Positions 51,615 to 64,000 of a stretch of 64,000 nucleotides of DNA are shown piece after piece. A program made the translations under genes and the position numbers. The notes under the pieces are model-generated. The model worked only from the letters and a program-made list of their open reading frames with translations, was not told the origin of the DNA and ran no database searches. Every line of letters starts with the position of its first letter. Position 1 is the first letter of the stretch. The DNA comes from Octopus vulgaris (taxonomy: Eukaryota), in NCBI GenBank assembly GCA_951406725.2, contig OX597825.1, positions 34,782,001-34,846,000 on the forward strand. Reading direction: 5' to 3'.

Positions 51615-53132
51615 CAAAACGTTGTGGATTTGACACCGAGAATTGTAAGAGATTGTGGAAAGATTTCCGCCCCTCATCGAGGTCTTGCCGAGATTGTAAC
51701 TCAACCGAGAACAATTGGTATTGGGTGTACAACCTTTATTCCCTTCGCCTTCCTCTTCATCTTCTACGGTTTAATCCGTCCTCCACCCTTTTCTTTTTCA
51801 TTGTTTCCTCGGTGAGGTAATTACGGCAGTTTTTTTTTTTCTCGATAATATGATCTATTATATTTTTAATGTTTTTTTCCCTTCTTTTCTTCTTATTAAA
51901 ATATGATGATATGTAAATAAAAGGGTGTTGTTGAAAATTTTAAATTAAAATGCATTTTATTATTTCGCAGAACTTCATTTGCGGAACACCGCTTTTAAAG
52001 TGGTCTCGCGGATCTTTTCCTTTTGATAGACAGAATTCAACCAGATTTCTAGTTAACTAAACAATTTGAAACTTCGTATACTGGTAGAATGTTTCAAAAG
52101 AAAACATCATTTTCACTTGGCTTTTTTTGAGAAAAGAGTTACGTGTATAAATATATAAACATGTGCGCACGCACACATGTAGGTATAACATTTATGTGTG
52201 CGGATGTATGTATATATATATATATATACGCATGTATGTACGTATGTATGCCTGTATATATGTGAGATAATAGTTTCACTTTAATAGTTTCAGTATTAAT
52301 AGAGAAGCTATTAAAGTGAAAGTATCTGATATTACAATAGAGAGATATTATTGCTCCATTTTTGACACGTAATATTGAAATAGTGGAAGAGATAAGAGAT
52401 TGCTCTGGGCTCGCATTAGGCCAGAAGTTGAAACTTTTGGGGGCTCATGACACTACATGGACCCCAAGTAAGGCATGTGTAAAATTTGAATGAAATTGGT
52501 TATGTAGTGTTCGAATTTTAGGGATTCACACAGACAAACAGACATTCTCATCTTTATATATATAGATTAACCAAATTCGGTAAAATCTGTGTAGTCCCTT
52601 ATGCGAGGGACTAAACAGGTCTCACCCTCTCTACTTGTCTACATTCTCTTACCTTTTCTCTCTTTTTCTATCAGTTTTCTCGCAGTCTACAAAGATGAAT
52701 TTAACTACTTATGGTATAGATATCAGTACTGCGGAAATAAAACACTTTTTTATCAGTTCCTTTTCAATAATTTGGTCACCTTTGCAATGTTTATCAAACT
52801 CAGTATCTAGAACTACCACAAAGATGAAATAAAACTTTTATAATGGGTTCAAAGGATTCCTGATGCAAAGACATACATCTTCTTCATTCGGCAATGACCA
52901 ATATATTTTCATGTCTCATATTCTTTATCATTGTTCTCTATATTTCAGTAAAATTCTTGTTTTCCAGTTGTTCCAAATGAACCATCAGTGAAATATTTAA
53001 TTCTGATCCTTCATAAAAGTAAACGTTATCTCATTCAGAACAACATGTTCTTCCTTATCTGTATTTTTTTATTATTTTCATACTCTTGCGTTGACTGCAA
53101 AATATTTCAACCATTCTTCAACAAATCTAACA

Positions 53133-55130
53133 TCAATTAGCCACAGGGATGACATCAATCCAGTCACCTGAGTATTTGGTGCTAGCAGACAGTAAGCGGC
53201 ACCTTGAAAACTGGTCTGACTGGATGAAGAGGGAGTTGAAGGTGTCCTTCAAAATTATGTTGTCCCAAGCTCTCTGACTCCGACAGTCCTCCACCTTCTC
53301 AGGAGCAGATAAGCCGAATTCCCACCAGTGTTGGAGAGCTTCATCCAACTCCAAGTTGGAACTGGTCCATGTTGGAGAGGAGAGGATATTGCTCACCAGG
53401 GTGGAGAAGGCATGGGTGGAGGAAAGGAAGCAGAGGAGAAAGAGGGCCGAACACTTATGAAGACCAAGACCTCCAAATAGCTCGGGCAATGCAGCCTGAT
53501 CGCGGTATGTTGGAGAGAGCCTGACATTGACTAAGCATTCCAGTCTCTCAAAGATTAAGTGTCAAAGCATTGAAGGCACGATGGGAATCGGCAAGATGAG
53601 CTGAATCTGTAAAAAAAAAAAAGCTTAAAGATTGAGAGGTAATTCCTGAGTATGAAAAAACCTTAATGGAGTTCATTAGCTTCAATATTTTTCAGCAATT
53701 GCTCAAGGGCGCAGTCACCTTTGACTAGAAGATGGACTCAAAGGCAAGGTCAGTGATTGGAGCACCTAGGAAGCACCAAGCTGATGGGGGAGGAACTGCA
53801 ATGGAAGGGAAGGACTCTGTGAAAAGGTCAATAGTTAGTTAATGATGAGAAGCCAGGTGGTTGAGGATCCAGAGTTCACAACCATCATGATAGTAATGGC
53901 GAGAACCCTGTCTGAAGGTTCCCCCAAACAAACATCGAGATACCAGACGTTGAGGTGTAGCTCGATGCCCATCTTGGTGATGTCATCGATGCTCAGTGCG
54001 AATAGAGCGGGTCCAAGTGGGTTGTCTTGTTGGACCCCCGAGGCAGAGGTGATGATTTGGTCACCAAAAAAGAGATAGGAGGGCTCCTGATAAGCCTGAC
54101 ATGCAAGATGGAAGAGTTGTGGGACCTTCTCTCTTACTGAACTGAGGACAGCATCGCGGCTGATGGAGTTGAAGGCATTCTTAAGGTCAAATTTGAGGAT
54201 GACCTTGGGTGACAAGGAGGGCAAGTTAACATAGCTTCTGGTAGCATGGGCGGCAGCTTCACATCCCAATTTGGTGCCACTCCTAGCTGGGTGGGGGAAA
54301 ATCCCTCCTCCAGTAAGCTGGAGACCGATTGTAAGCACACCTTTGCTGTGAGACGGTGAAGGGTGCAGCTGACCGCAATAGGGTGCAGTTCTCCATTGGG
54401 TTTGGTGAGCCCGAATAATTTTGAACTGAAGAATAGCGAGCTGATACAAGGAAGGATGTTCGCTGAAGAGAACTAGTTTGCAAACTGAGTCAAATTCTCC
54501 AAGAGCTCAAGTAGGGCGTCACCGGCCGATAAGGAAATATCATCCTGGAGGTGTTGAGGCCGAAGGCCATCAATTCCTGCACCTGAACCAGCAGGGAAGG
54601 ATGAAATTGCCTTTCTGATGCTCTTAGAGGTGAAGACTGGTCTCAAGTATTTTGGGGATCGGGCCAGTTTAGTTTATTATCAGGGGGGTGCTGGTGTGTA
54701 CTTCTTTTTCGGACGTCTAAGAGACTCAGTCACTGAATTTAGCGTTGACTGCGCGCTTAAGGTTTATCGGTAGCCTGTCGGTAGGCACCATGCTCAATGT
54801 CAAATTAAAGTGAGAAGTGGTCAGGGTGGACTCAGCTGGAACTGTCGCTTGACTGATGATTCAAGGGAGCTCGATTTCACATCGTGCACGTGGAGAGAGA
54901 TGCGGGGGAACAGAAACAGTTTCTGCCAGTTGGACGCATTGTTGGATAAACATATGGTTTTCAATAAGCTGGAGAGAGCGCGAGCAAAGTTATTCCGAGC
55001 TCTCTTAGGGGTCCTGTTAACGAGTTTCAATTTAGATAAATCCTGGAGTGCTGCAGTAAAGTCCTCACTAGAGAGCTGGTTGTGGGAGTGTGAGGCGTCT
55101 CCACGGAGTGCGTCGGAGCTGAAGTGGCAT
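53133..55130 (-). mobile_element. Decayed CRE-clade non-LTR retrotransposon (RT region)
   Basis: SFPAGSGAGIDGLRPQHLQD, KPNGELHPIAVSCTLHRLTAK, GTKLGCEAAAHATR, KFDLKNAFNSISR, GVQQDNPLGPALF, LNVWYLD, LFGGLG, SQRAWD, SGDWIDVIP across frameshifts. Confidence 0.8.
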
Positions 55131-55448
55131 CACAATATTCAGTATTCCCAATATGGGGTTAGATCTGATTAAATGTTATAAAAAAATGCAAAAGTAAAAT
55201 GAAAAAAGAAACTAAAAGTGGCGACAGTAATACAGGGAAGAAAGGAAACTAAGAAAGTGAACAAATAAAGAGTAAATTTGACTAAATTCCGCGCGCACAC
55301 ATACGGAGGGAAAGAGAAAGAGAGAAAGAGTACCTCCCAAATATATAAAGGGAGGTTACTCTAACTGTTATAACAACATTAACACATTTCGTTGCAACAT
55401 TAAACTATCAGCTGGGGTTTTGCTAACTATTTCTTTTCTCTGTCAATC

Positions 55449-55737
55449 ATGTTTCACTTATTATCCCACACAAAACATATTATTTTATTTAACTCCCGAA
55501 AACTATTACCAAAATGCCGTCACCTACGGAGTTCTATATTATCGAAAAACGGCCGGTTTCTATCTACGCACGTAGAATTAACTTCGGTCAAACACCCAGA
55601 AATTTTGCGTGGTTCTTATTCAAAATTAAGTGATAAAGACTTGGCTGTATTTGAAAGTATTTTGACCTCGTCAAGGTGTATAACAGACTCTGCAGACCTG
55701 GAATTTTGTAACACAGATTGGATGAAAATATACCGCG
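55449..55737 (+). CDS. D2HGDH: D2HGDH (D-2-hydroxyglutarate dehydrogenase, mitochondrial) coding exon 1
   Basis: Basic, acid-free N-terminal targeting-like peptide, then RGSYSKLSDKDLAVFESIL...NTDWMKIYRG; donor G|gttagt in phase with next exon. Confidence 0.9.
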
Positions 55738-56619
55738 GTTAGTTCCATCCTTTTATATCTTGTTTTTCTTTCCTCAAACTTTCCTCGTCTTCAATTACAA
55801 CTTAGTAATGCTTGGATGTTGTTACTTAACCAAAGATTAGCTTTGATTTAGCAGACCTATGATTAAAGGCATTCCAACCGTGACCATCCTCGTATATTTT
55901 CAAGACGATGCACCCATAAACGCGTTACCCAACGAGTCCTTTTCAAGTACGTTAAGGTGAAATTTAGGAGAATATGGCTGTTGTTTCCAGCAGGATGATC
56001 GACTGCACAGTCTCCCTCAGAATAACAGGCGGCAGTATTTCACATTGAAAACCAATTGCGTCGATTTCGCCAATTATAAAGGATTCTGATTTCGGATCCT
56101 GTTGGGTCTCGTGTAGGTCTTTTACTCTTCTAGTCTCGATTAAATCAATTTCGCTCTCACCATTAAACTTTTTTGTTCCATGATAGAAATTGTGTTAGAC
56201 GCGCCGTTGTGCGATGAATGTTAAATTTACAATGAATCGAATCTGTGTAGCGGTTTCAATTCCGTATTAAAACTCATTTCATTTAGTTGTTGATGTCCTT
56301 GGGAAAGTCACAGGCGTCATTACAACCTTTACTCTTCTATCGCCTGAGATTTTCCCTTATCTAATGCCTGAGCGTTGTAATTATCGAATCTCTCCTTTGT
56401 TGTTGTTTAATCCCTGATCAACCCTGATCGAACAAGACCTATGTTCAGACGCATTCAAACCATGACTACCCATCTGTTATTACTTTTGAGAGGTGGATGT
56501 CTAGGACTTCATTTTCTTCCTTTATTTAAGGCGGTAAGATTTGATTTTAGGAGGATCTGACTACCTTTTTTAACCAGTTCAAGCTTAACAGCTTCCAAAA
56601 TAAAGCGGAAACATAATTT

Positions 56620-58486
56620 GGGGCTAAGACAATTTCGCACCTCTCCTTGAAAAATGCATTTTTTTGAAAAACATTTCCCGGATCCCTACGTTTTAGATGT
56701 CGGAGATTACGAATATGCAAAAAAACCCCACAAAAAACACACACACCCTCCCCTACTCCCCACCCCATTTAGAATTTTGAACTTTTTCGAAATTTTTTTC
56801 CCTATGTTTTAGATGACGGCGATTCCGAATATGCAAGAAACCACGTTTTCAAAATTTTCAATTCAGTAAACATATAGATATGTGTATAAAGAGATAGATA
56901 TGAATGTCTTCCTGGGGCTAAAAACAACAGTAACACCGTCTTCTATAGGACCGCCACATTTAGTTGACAAATATATTTTATGAATAAACGGACAGGGATA
57001 AATAGATAGAGAGATAGATAAATAAATGGATGAAAAATTTCAAAACTTAAAATTGAGGGAGGGATGAAATTTGAGCCCCTTATTAAACTTAATGATATTA
57101 ATTATTAAACATTAATGTTTGTTTCTCATAAAGTTTGCATTAAATTATTATTTACGATTATTCAAGGCAAACACAAGTAAAACACAAATTCTTTTCACTT
57201 GTAGTGAACGACCGTGTGTAAAGGAGTTGGTGACAGAAATGTCTCCTTTTAAACGCTGCATGGTCGTCCCACAAAGAAGATAGCCAAACGGATGGTATAA
57301 AGAATATGAGTGCCAGTAAAGAATAAGGAGAAAAACACAACCGTTCTACTGTTTGAGAGAAAGAAGACTTTATTTTACAGATGTGTACAATAAGAGCATG
57401 TATAGGTGCTAGCAGAGTGTAGTGTCTGAGTGTGTGCACATATGTGCCTGTGTGTCCATTGTAAGTGCTAACAACGGTGCGTGCAACAAGTGTTTGTGTC
57501 TGTGTGTTATAAGAGTGAGACAACAATACAAAGCAAGGAAAGTATCCAGACACAAGATGGAGAATAAATACCAGTTCATACAGGTACACAATAGCAGTTC
57601 GTTGTGTGTCAATGAAGTTAGGGCAAAGAGGAGAGCAGTTACCTACGCGTGTAAAAGTTGGGCTTCGATCCATTTGCCGGGTTACATCTGTACAGAAGAT
57701 CTCGGCAGTTGTGCTGTGCTGTTAACCTTGGTGTGTATACACAAACAGTGTGTAAGCTAAACTTGAGCGAGTTGCTGTGTACATATCGTTGAAGTTGATG
57801 GTAGGGAACGGCGATGTTGAGATGAAGGTGATGGTAGTGGAGACGTCCTGCGTTGCTGGTGTATGTTGGTGTTGTCGCTTGCTGGAGCAGGAATATGGCT
57901 GGGTCGCTGGAACATGGCTGGTCTGGTCATCGCTGGAACTGGCTGCTCTGTGGTGGTGTGGTCAATGGCCAAAGACCCCAATTCACTGGATCGCTGGGTT
58001 TTTATAACATTCTAGAGGCTCCAGAAGAAAACCCAAAAGACTGCATCACATGATCATATTGGAAGGTTCTGATTGGAAGGTTGGTTTACACATTGGTGCG
58101 AAATATGTCAAGAGACAAACTGCGCCAATGCCAACCAATCAGAGTAGTGGATACAACAGGGCCCAAATAGCGGCCAAAAGTTAACTGTTATCTGCTACGA
58201 CATTATTTGTACTGCATATCTCAGAGAGCACAGATGCATTCTACCAATGCTACACACTTTAATGTTTTTGTCTATTTTTAATTTCGATTTGCATATGTTC
58301 GTCAATTTGCTGTGATCCCTTTAAAGTAAGCAAAATCAAAATTTTTAATTTGGTTGGGTGGGATGAAATTAAAAAAAAAAATTTTTGCATATTCGTAATC
58401 TCCTACATCTAAAACGTAGGAATCTGAAAAAAATTTTTCAAAAAAATGCATTTTTCAAGGAGAGGTGCGAAGCTGGATTAGGCCCC
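56620..58486. mobile_element. Non-autonomous DNA element with ~110-bp TIRs (Kolobok-like)
   Basis: GGGGCTAAGACAATTTCGCACCTCTCCTTGAAAAATGC ... GCATTTTTCAAGGAGAGGTGCGAAGCTGGATTAGGCCCC|TTAA; left TTAA not intact. Confidence 0.65.
57200..58202 (-). mobile_element. Probable solo LTR nested in the TIR element
   Basis: TGTCGT...ACTACA termini, CCAAT boxes, TATAAA (58006-58001), AATAAA (57374-57369); flanks tcact/ttatt are only a decayed TSD. Confidence 0.6.
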
Positions 58487-58838
58487 TTAATTTTCGTGTT
58501 ATCTATTTTATTCTTCCTTTAAAGACACAGCATGAATCGGACATGGCTTTTATGTATATTTTTGTACTGATGAAACTATGTGTGAACTTCCTAACTTAGG
58601 AATTCCTGAGATATTAGATACAATTGTTTCATAGGTTTGAAGTGCAGGATGAAATCATCCAGTTGTTGTTGGGTGACTTCCCCCTGATATTAGAATGGAA
58701 ACAAAACGTGACAAAAACTGAAGCACATATTATTTTGATTAGATATGTAGAGTACAGTGAATGACATTAGTAGTATACAACGGATAATTAGTTATGAATT
58801 TTTGAATTTGACTGTTTTTCTTGTGTTTGTTCTTTAAG

Positions 58839-59036
58839 GTGCATCATGTTTGATGTTGCTTCCGAAAACGACATCAGAAGTTTCTGAAATCTTAAGTTAT
58901 TGCAATGAAAGAAATCTTGCTGTTGTACCCCAAGGTGGCAACACAGGCTTGGTTGGAGGTAGCATTCCTGTATTTGATGAAATTGTGATATCAACCCGGC
59001 TTATGAACAATATCATTTCCCTTGATAAAGTTTCTG
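58839..59036 (+). CDS. D2HGDH: D2HGDH coding exon 2 (FAD-binding PCMH domain); gene continues beyond window
   Basis: taag|GT...TCTG|gtaagt; [51 protein letters not shown]. Confidence 0.97.
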
Positions 59037-59775
59037 GTAAGTAAACCCCCCCACCCCCCCCAAAAAAGCAAAAAATTATTTATGTGCAACTTTTGTTTCT
59101 AGACTGCTCCACTTGATCTCTCTCCACCTCTCTGTCTCTTTCTCTCTCTCCTCTTGCTCTTTGTCTATCAAACTATCAGTCTGTCTCTTATTCTCTGCCT
59201 GTCTAACTCTATATTTCTATCACTCTCTGTTTTCTTTTAAGCTTTTACACATTGTTTCACATATGTAATCATGAACGAAAGCAGACATTTCAAAGGACAT
59301 GAAAATGATAAATTGTTACATTCATGGCTATCTTAAGAACATTAAACATCAGATAAATAAGTGAAGTGGAATGACTTTAGCAATTGAAACTAAGGCATAG
59401 CTATGGCACAAGTCTTTACTTCTAGGTAAAGACAGGATATGATATTACCTAGTCTTTATCTCTACAGAGCTCACACTTTCCCACAGATCTAATGAAAACA
59501 GCATTGTTTAATGTGTGATATGCATACATTACTGTGTTGGTAGATGAGGCATAGTTGAATGGTTAGACAAGTTTTCTTTGCAAACCTGAAGTTCCTTGTT
59601 CAATCCTGTTGTACCCCACTTTGGGCAAGCATCTTCTACCAAACCTCAGATTTATCCCAACCTTGTAAGTGAATTTGTGGAAATAGAGACCCCATTGGCT
59701 GGTTTGTTACTATAATTTAAAGAGCTGCATGAGGATTACCTTTAGAACACAAATGTCTAGTATATTTTGCCACAT

Positions 59776-59821
<46 letters not shown>

Positions 59822-59827
59822 TATATA

Positions 59828-59872
<45 letters not shown>

Positions 59873-60041
59873 ATTTTAAGGATGTCATATCCTCATTAGG
59901 GATTAATAAATTCAAAATTTCACTGGTTTTAAATCCATCATATTAGTAGAAAATCTGCAAGATATGTTTGGGATTATTATAATGAGTATTATTAAAAAGG
60001 AAAGAAAATGGAGAGTTAATTATAGTTAATTTATTTGTATC

Positions 60042-60829
60042 AGTTAAAATTTAAATACAAATAAATTTTAAAAAGTACAAAAGAAACTAAAAAAAATCTA
60101 CATATGTTTTGATTCTTGCCCCTTAGTAATGCATAGTTTGAAGTATTTGGGTCAAATCCAATGTTAGGAATTGGTTATCATTTTAAACTGTATGGGGTAG
60201 AATCTCTTCAGGGTTTTTTCTTTTTATAAAAAAACAAAAGTTACATATTTCTTGAAGGGATTCAGATCAGAAACTAAGGAAATTTAAAAAGTTATATCTT
60301 GTATATTGTGTATGTGTATTTGCAAAGATTATAATTCAATTAAGTAAAAGAAATAAAGATAAAATAAAAATAAATTTTAAAAGTATATAAATAATAAAAA
60401 ATAATGATATATCTAAGGGAAAATAATTATGTAATAAAAAAAAAAAAAAATTTTTAAATTAGATTCAAAATAAAGAATAATAAATAAACCATTGTAACTG
60501 TATAATTTCTATTGGCTTACTAATAGATACTAGTAAATATCCATGTATTCTGGGTCATCTGATCATATGAAATCAAAAGTTACTCGTTTATATATATGTT
60601 GGTATAGACTCAAGCTTGAATTATCTAACTGTTAAGAGATGTATCTATCACGTTAATATATATACACATAGACCTCTATACAATTAGCATATATATTTTC
60701 CTATATGTACATATATTTTATGTTTAAACCTCTTGTAAAATATACTTAGGTTATATATAGTTGTATATAATTTTAGATCTTTTACCTCTTTTGTACTTTT
60801 TAAAATTTATTTGTATTTAAATTTTAACT
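60042..60829. repeat. Perfect 43-bp inverted repeat around an AT-rich spacer
   Basis: 60042-60084 is the exact reverse complement of 60787-60829. Confidence 0.9.
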
Positions 60830-61681
60830 TCTCTTGAGTGTCTACAATCATCTCCCCTTAGCAACTTCACTGCTTCTTTTGCAGGTCAATCTTCAATAAT
60901 TGGTTCTTAAGTTATATGCCACAGAAGTTAAGGCTTAAAAAGTCCTTTCTAATGCTTGAGCATATTTAGAAATGGGTTATTTATAATTTTGTTGTAGACA
61001 AGTATGATTAATAAAACAAAGTCTGCTATAGTTTATATTATTTCCTAAATTTTTAACTGTAAAACAATTTTAAAAATGTATTTTCATAACTTTATTTCTT
61101 ATTTTATCTTCAGTGTCCCACAAAATCAAAAAGATTAAAAATCATTGTTCTACACTAAAATTAAATTGATTCACTTTAATAGAATTCAGTACAGTATATT
61201 GCCGTGTGTTTAATACTGACTTAATGGATTTTGGTGAAGATGTAGTTAGGGAGGCAGTTTTGGGTAAAGAAAATATAATGTAAGTGTATCAGTACATATT
61301 GTTTTACTACTCCATTATTGTGACAATATGTAATAGAGGTTATATAATCTAACATTAATAATGCTTTCGTATTTTGGCGCAGGGGTCAGCAGTTTTTGTA
61401 GAGAGGGGCTAGTTGATTACATTGACCCCGGTGTTCAACTGAATTCTTACATAATTTAACCCTAAAAGAATGAAAGGCAAAGATTGTTGTTATTATTAAG
61501 GAAAAAACACTTAACTGCATTTCGTCTGTCTTTATGTTCTGAGTTAAAATTCTACCAAGATTAACTTTGCCTTTCATTCTTACATAATTTAAAAGCTCTT
61601 GATTTCTTATTTTTGTTTGTAGTACTTAGTGTTGTATTTTCTGTTGCTGATATCTTATTTAACATCCTTCAGACTAAAAGT

Positions 61682-61913
61682 CATGAAAAACACTTGGCTG
61701 GGAACCAGTATCTGCAGTGATGGTGATGTCATTTGCTGTTGATGACTTTTGACCAACAGGATAAAAGCTTCTTTACCAATGGGACCCAAACTGTAACACT
61801 TGATAGAAGAAGGGTGTAGACTGCAAGGTGCAACTATGTTAAAAATAAACCTCATTTGGTCACGTTCCATGAGAGTATCTTGGTCAACCTATGAAATTTT
61901 CAGCTAACACTTG
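61682..61913 (+). mobile_element. 3' end of a mariner element (family of 3406-4118)
   Basis: Decayed MKKHLAGNQY...DQQDKSFFTNG and TIR ...tatgaaattttcagctaacacttg|TA. Confidence 0.75.
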
Positions 61914-62155
61914 TATTTATTGCATGACCAACCTCAAAAGTCACTGCATGCCACTGATATATATATATACATATCACAAACTGGATGTGTCTATTCTAAT
62001 AATAGAGAGCAGTTGCCATATTTCATTCTATATAGGCTACCTCTGATGAGTGCAGGGTTACATAATCAAATTTTTACCTTACACTGTTGAATCCCTAGCA
62101 CAAAACCACTTGGTAAGATTTGGCTGTAATGGATATATAATACTGTACATTTTGG

Positions 62156-62203
<48 letters not shown>

Positions 62204-62206
<3 letters not shown>

Positions 62207-62222
62207 TATATAAAATCCGTTC

Positions 62223-62255
<33 letters not shown>

Positions 62256-62586
62256 CTTCTAGGATCTCAGACATCCTCCATCCGATTGCACTCAAATTTG
62301 ATATGTAGATACTGACCGTATCAGGGTGTGTATAAGTCTTGAAAAAATTACAAACATTGATTCCAGGTGAGAATGTGATTGATAAAGCCATGGGAAATCG
62401 TTTTTCTTTGGAATAAATAAAAAGTCTATCTTTATTTCTTCTTTTGCTGGAGTCTCAAATTTAGGTTAAATCAGTGTTTCTCAAAGGAGAGGCATATGGG
62501 ATGGTCGGACAAGTTGTTTTGAGAAAATATGGTTTAAATGTTTGACAACTCTGCACCTTCCATTGGACAGGGGGCGTTTTGCTTGT
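62204..62586 (+). mobile_element. Non-autonomous Helitron-like element in a (TA)n tract
   Basis: 5' TCTTATATAAAA, internal (TG)n, ccgattgcactcaaatttg block, decayed CTRG-like end; similar 5' end on the minus strand near 52480-52565. Confidence 0.5.
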
Positions 62587-62588
62587 AT

Positions 62589-62675
<87 letters not shown>

Positions 62676-63182
62676 TATTATAAAAGGCAGATTTTATCTG
62701 CCTCCCTTTGGGAGTTATACAAATCTACAATATAGGATTTCTTCAATTACAATTTACCTTGCATTTTTAAGAGTACAATGCATCGCGTCATGCCAGGTCC
62801 AGTTTTTAAAATTTAAACTCCAATTAAGCAAAATTTACAGAAAACTCACATTCTGGTGTGTGTGTCAAATGCTTTTCTTAGTCTGGTTTACACCACACGC
62901 AAACGCACACACACAGTGGGCAACGAATAAAATGAAAGTAATTGACTTACTGTAGTGAGTGATTCTTTCACTCTGCCTCCCACTTCCTCTTTCAACACAT
63001 AAACACGCAAATATATAAATAAAATTGTAAGCTAACGTGCGTGTGTGTGAGTGGGTGTGTGTGGGTGTGCGCGTGTGTGTGTGTGTGAGGGTGCGTGTGT
63101 GTGTGTGTGTGTGCGTGTGCGTGAGTGTGTGACAGGAAAGTTTTTTACGACGAATATAACACCTATATCCAAGTAGCAGAAA

Positions 63183-63662
63183 GATAAGACAGTAAGGTGT
63201 GATTTGAGGGAGATTTGGCTGCTATTTCTACCATGTCTAGCTGCCATGTAGGGGTCTCCCTCATAGGCTCATACATACATATATACATAGATAAGACAGT
63301 AAGGTGTGATTTGGGGGAAATTTGGCTGCTATTTCTACCAGGTCTAGCTGCCATGTAGGGGTCTCCCTCATAGGCTCATACATACATATATACATAGATA
63401 AGACAGTAAGGTGTGATTTGGGGGAAATTTGGCTGCTATTTCTACCAGGTCTAGCTGCCATGTAGGGGTCTCCCTCATAGGCTCATACATACATATATAC
63501 ATAGATAAGACAGTAAGGTGTGATTTGGGGGAAATTTGGCTGCTATTTCTACCAGGTCTAGCTACCATGTAGAGGTCCCCCTCATTGGCTCATATATATA
63601 TACATACATAAGACAGTAAGGTGTGATTTGAGGGAGATTTGGCTGCTGTTTCTACCAGGTCT
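63183..63662. repeat. 107-bp tandem repeat, ~4.5 units
   Basis: Units start at 63183, 63290, 63397, 63504 and ~63607; source of the repeated short ORFs. Confidence 0.92.
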
Positions 63663-64000
63663 GTTAGGCCTTCTCATGTAAACTCAAGCTTTCTCATGCC
63701 TTGAACATAAGACCAAAGCAGAGAATGTATTCTTTTATTCTTCTGCTTTTTCCAGCCATTGGTCTGTGGCCATGCTGGGGCAATGCCTTGAAGAATTGTA
63801 GTTTAATGAATCAACTCCAGTTTTATTTTTGTAAGCATTGTACTTATTCTATCTGTTTCCTTTGTCAAACCACTAGGTGACAGGGATGTAAACAAACCAA
63901 CATTCATTGTCAAGCAGTGGTGGAGGACAATCACAAGCACAGACACGCACACACACACACATACATGCATACACATATACACACATACATACATACATAC

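Noticed and set aside
52164-52170. Metal-response-element matches (TGCGCAC here, TGCACAC at 49272) near the ZnT5 promoter
   Set aside because: Both lie in (CA)/(TG)-type low-complexity sequence where the 7-mer arises by chance.
60830-60935. Minus-strand GDDC motif suggesting a decayed viral RdRp
   Set aside because: Requires several assumed frameshifts and has stops nearby; unsupported without a profile search.
63163-63568. CRISPR-like regular repeat or repeated small peptide genes
   Set aside because: Units are identical with no unique spacers, in a eukaryotic intron; an ordinary minisatellite.

Overview
AT-rich, microsatellite- and SINE-dense animal genomic DNA, most consistent with an octopus/coleoid cephalopod (inferred from repeat style, not proven). 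Three spliced genes were reconstructed by hand with GT-AG junctions and consistent phases. (1) The last three coding exons of ALDH4A1 (P5C dehydrogenase, + strand), followed by a long 3' region almost free of interspersed repeats. (2) A complete 16-coding-exon SLC30A5/ZnT5 zinc transporter (- strand, 48802->9886, 780 aa) with one U12-type minor intron and a probable uORF-rich spliced leader. (3) The first two coding exons of D2HGDH (+ strand), head-to-head with SLC30A5. Introns hold tRNA-derived SINEs, piggyBac/hAT/Merlin-like/Kolobok-like MITEs, mariner and Helitron remnants, a solo LTR, and fragments of Penelope-like, CRE, R4/Dong and HERO-like retroelements. The most notable signal is a set of hammerhead-ribozyme motifs from at least three repeat families: an intact canonical type I hammerhead at 39403-39491, a tRNA-headed SINE carrying a hammerhead that inserts in Penelope-style fold-back form, and an A6-variant hammerhead in the tail of a Neptune-like element.
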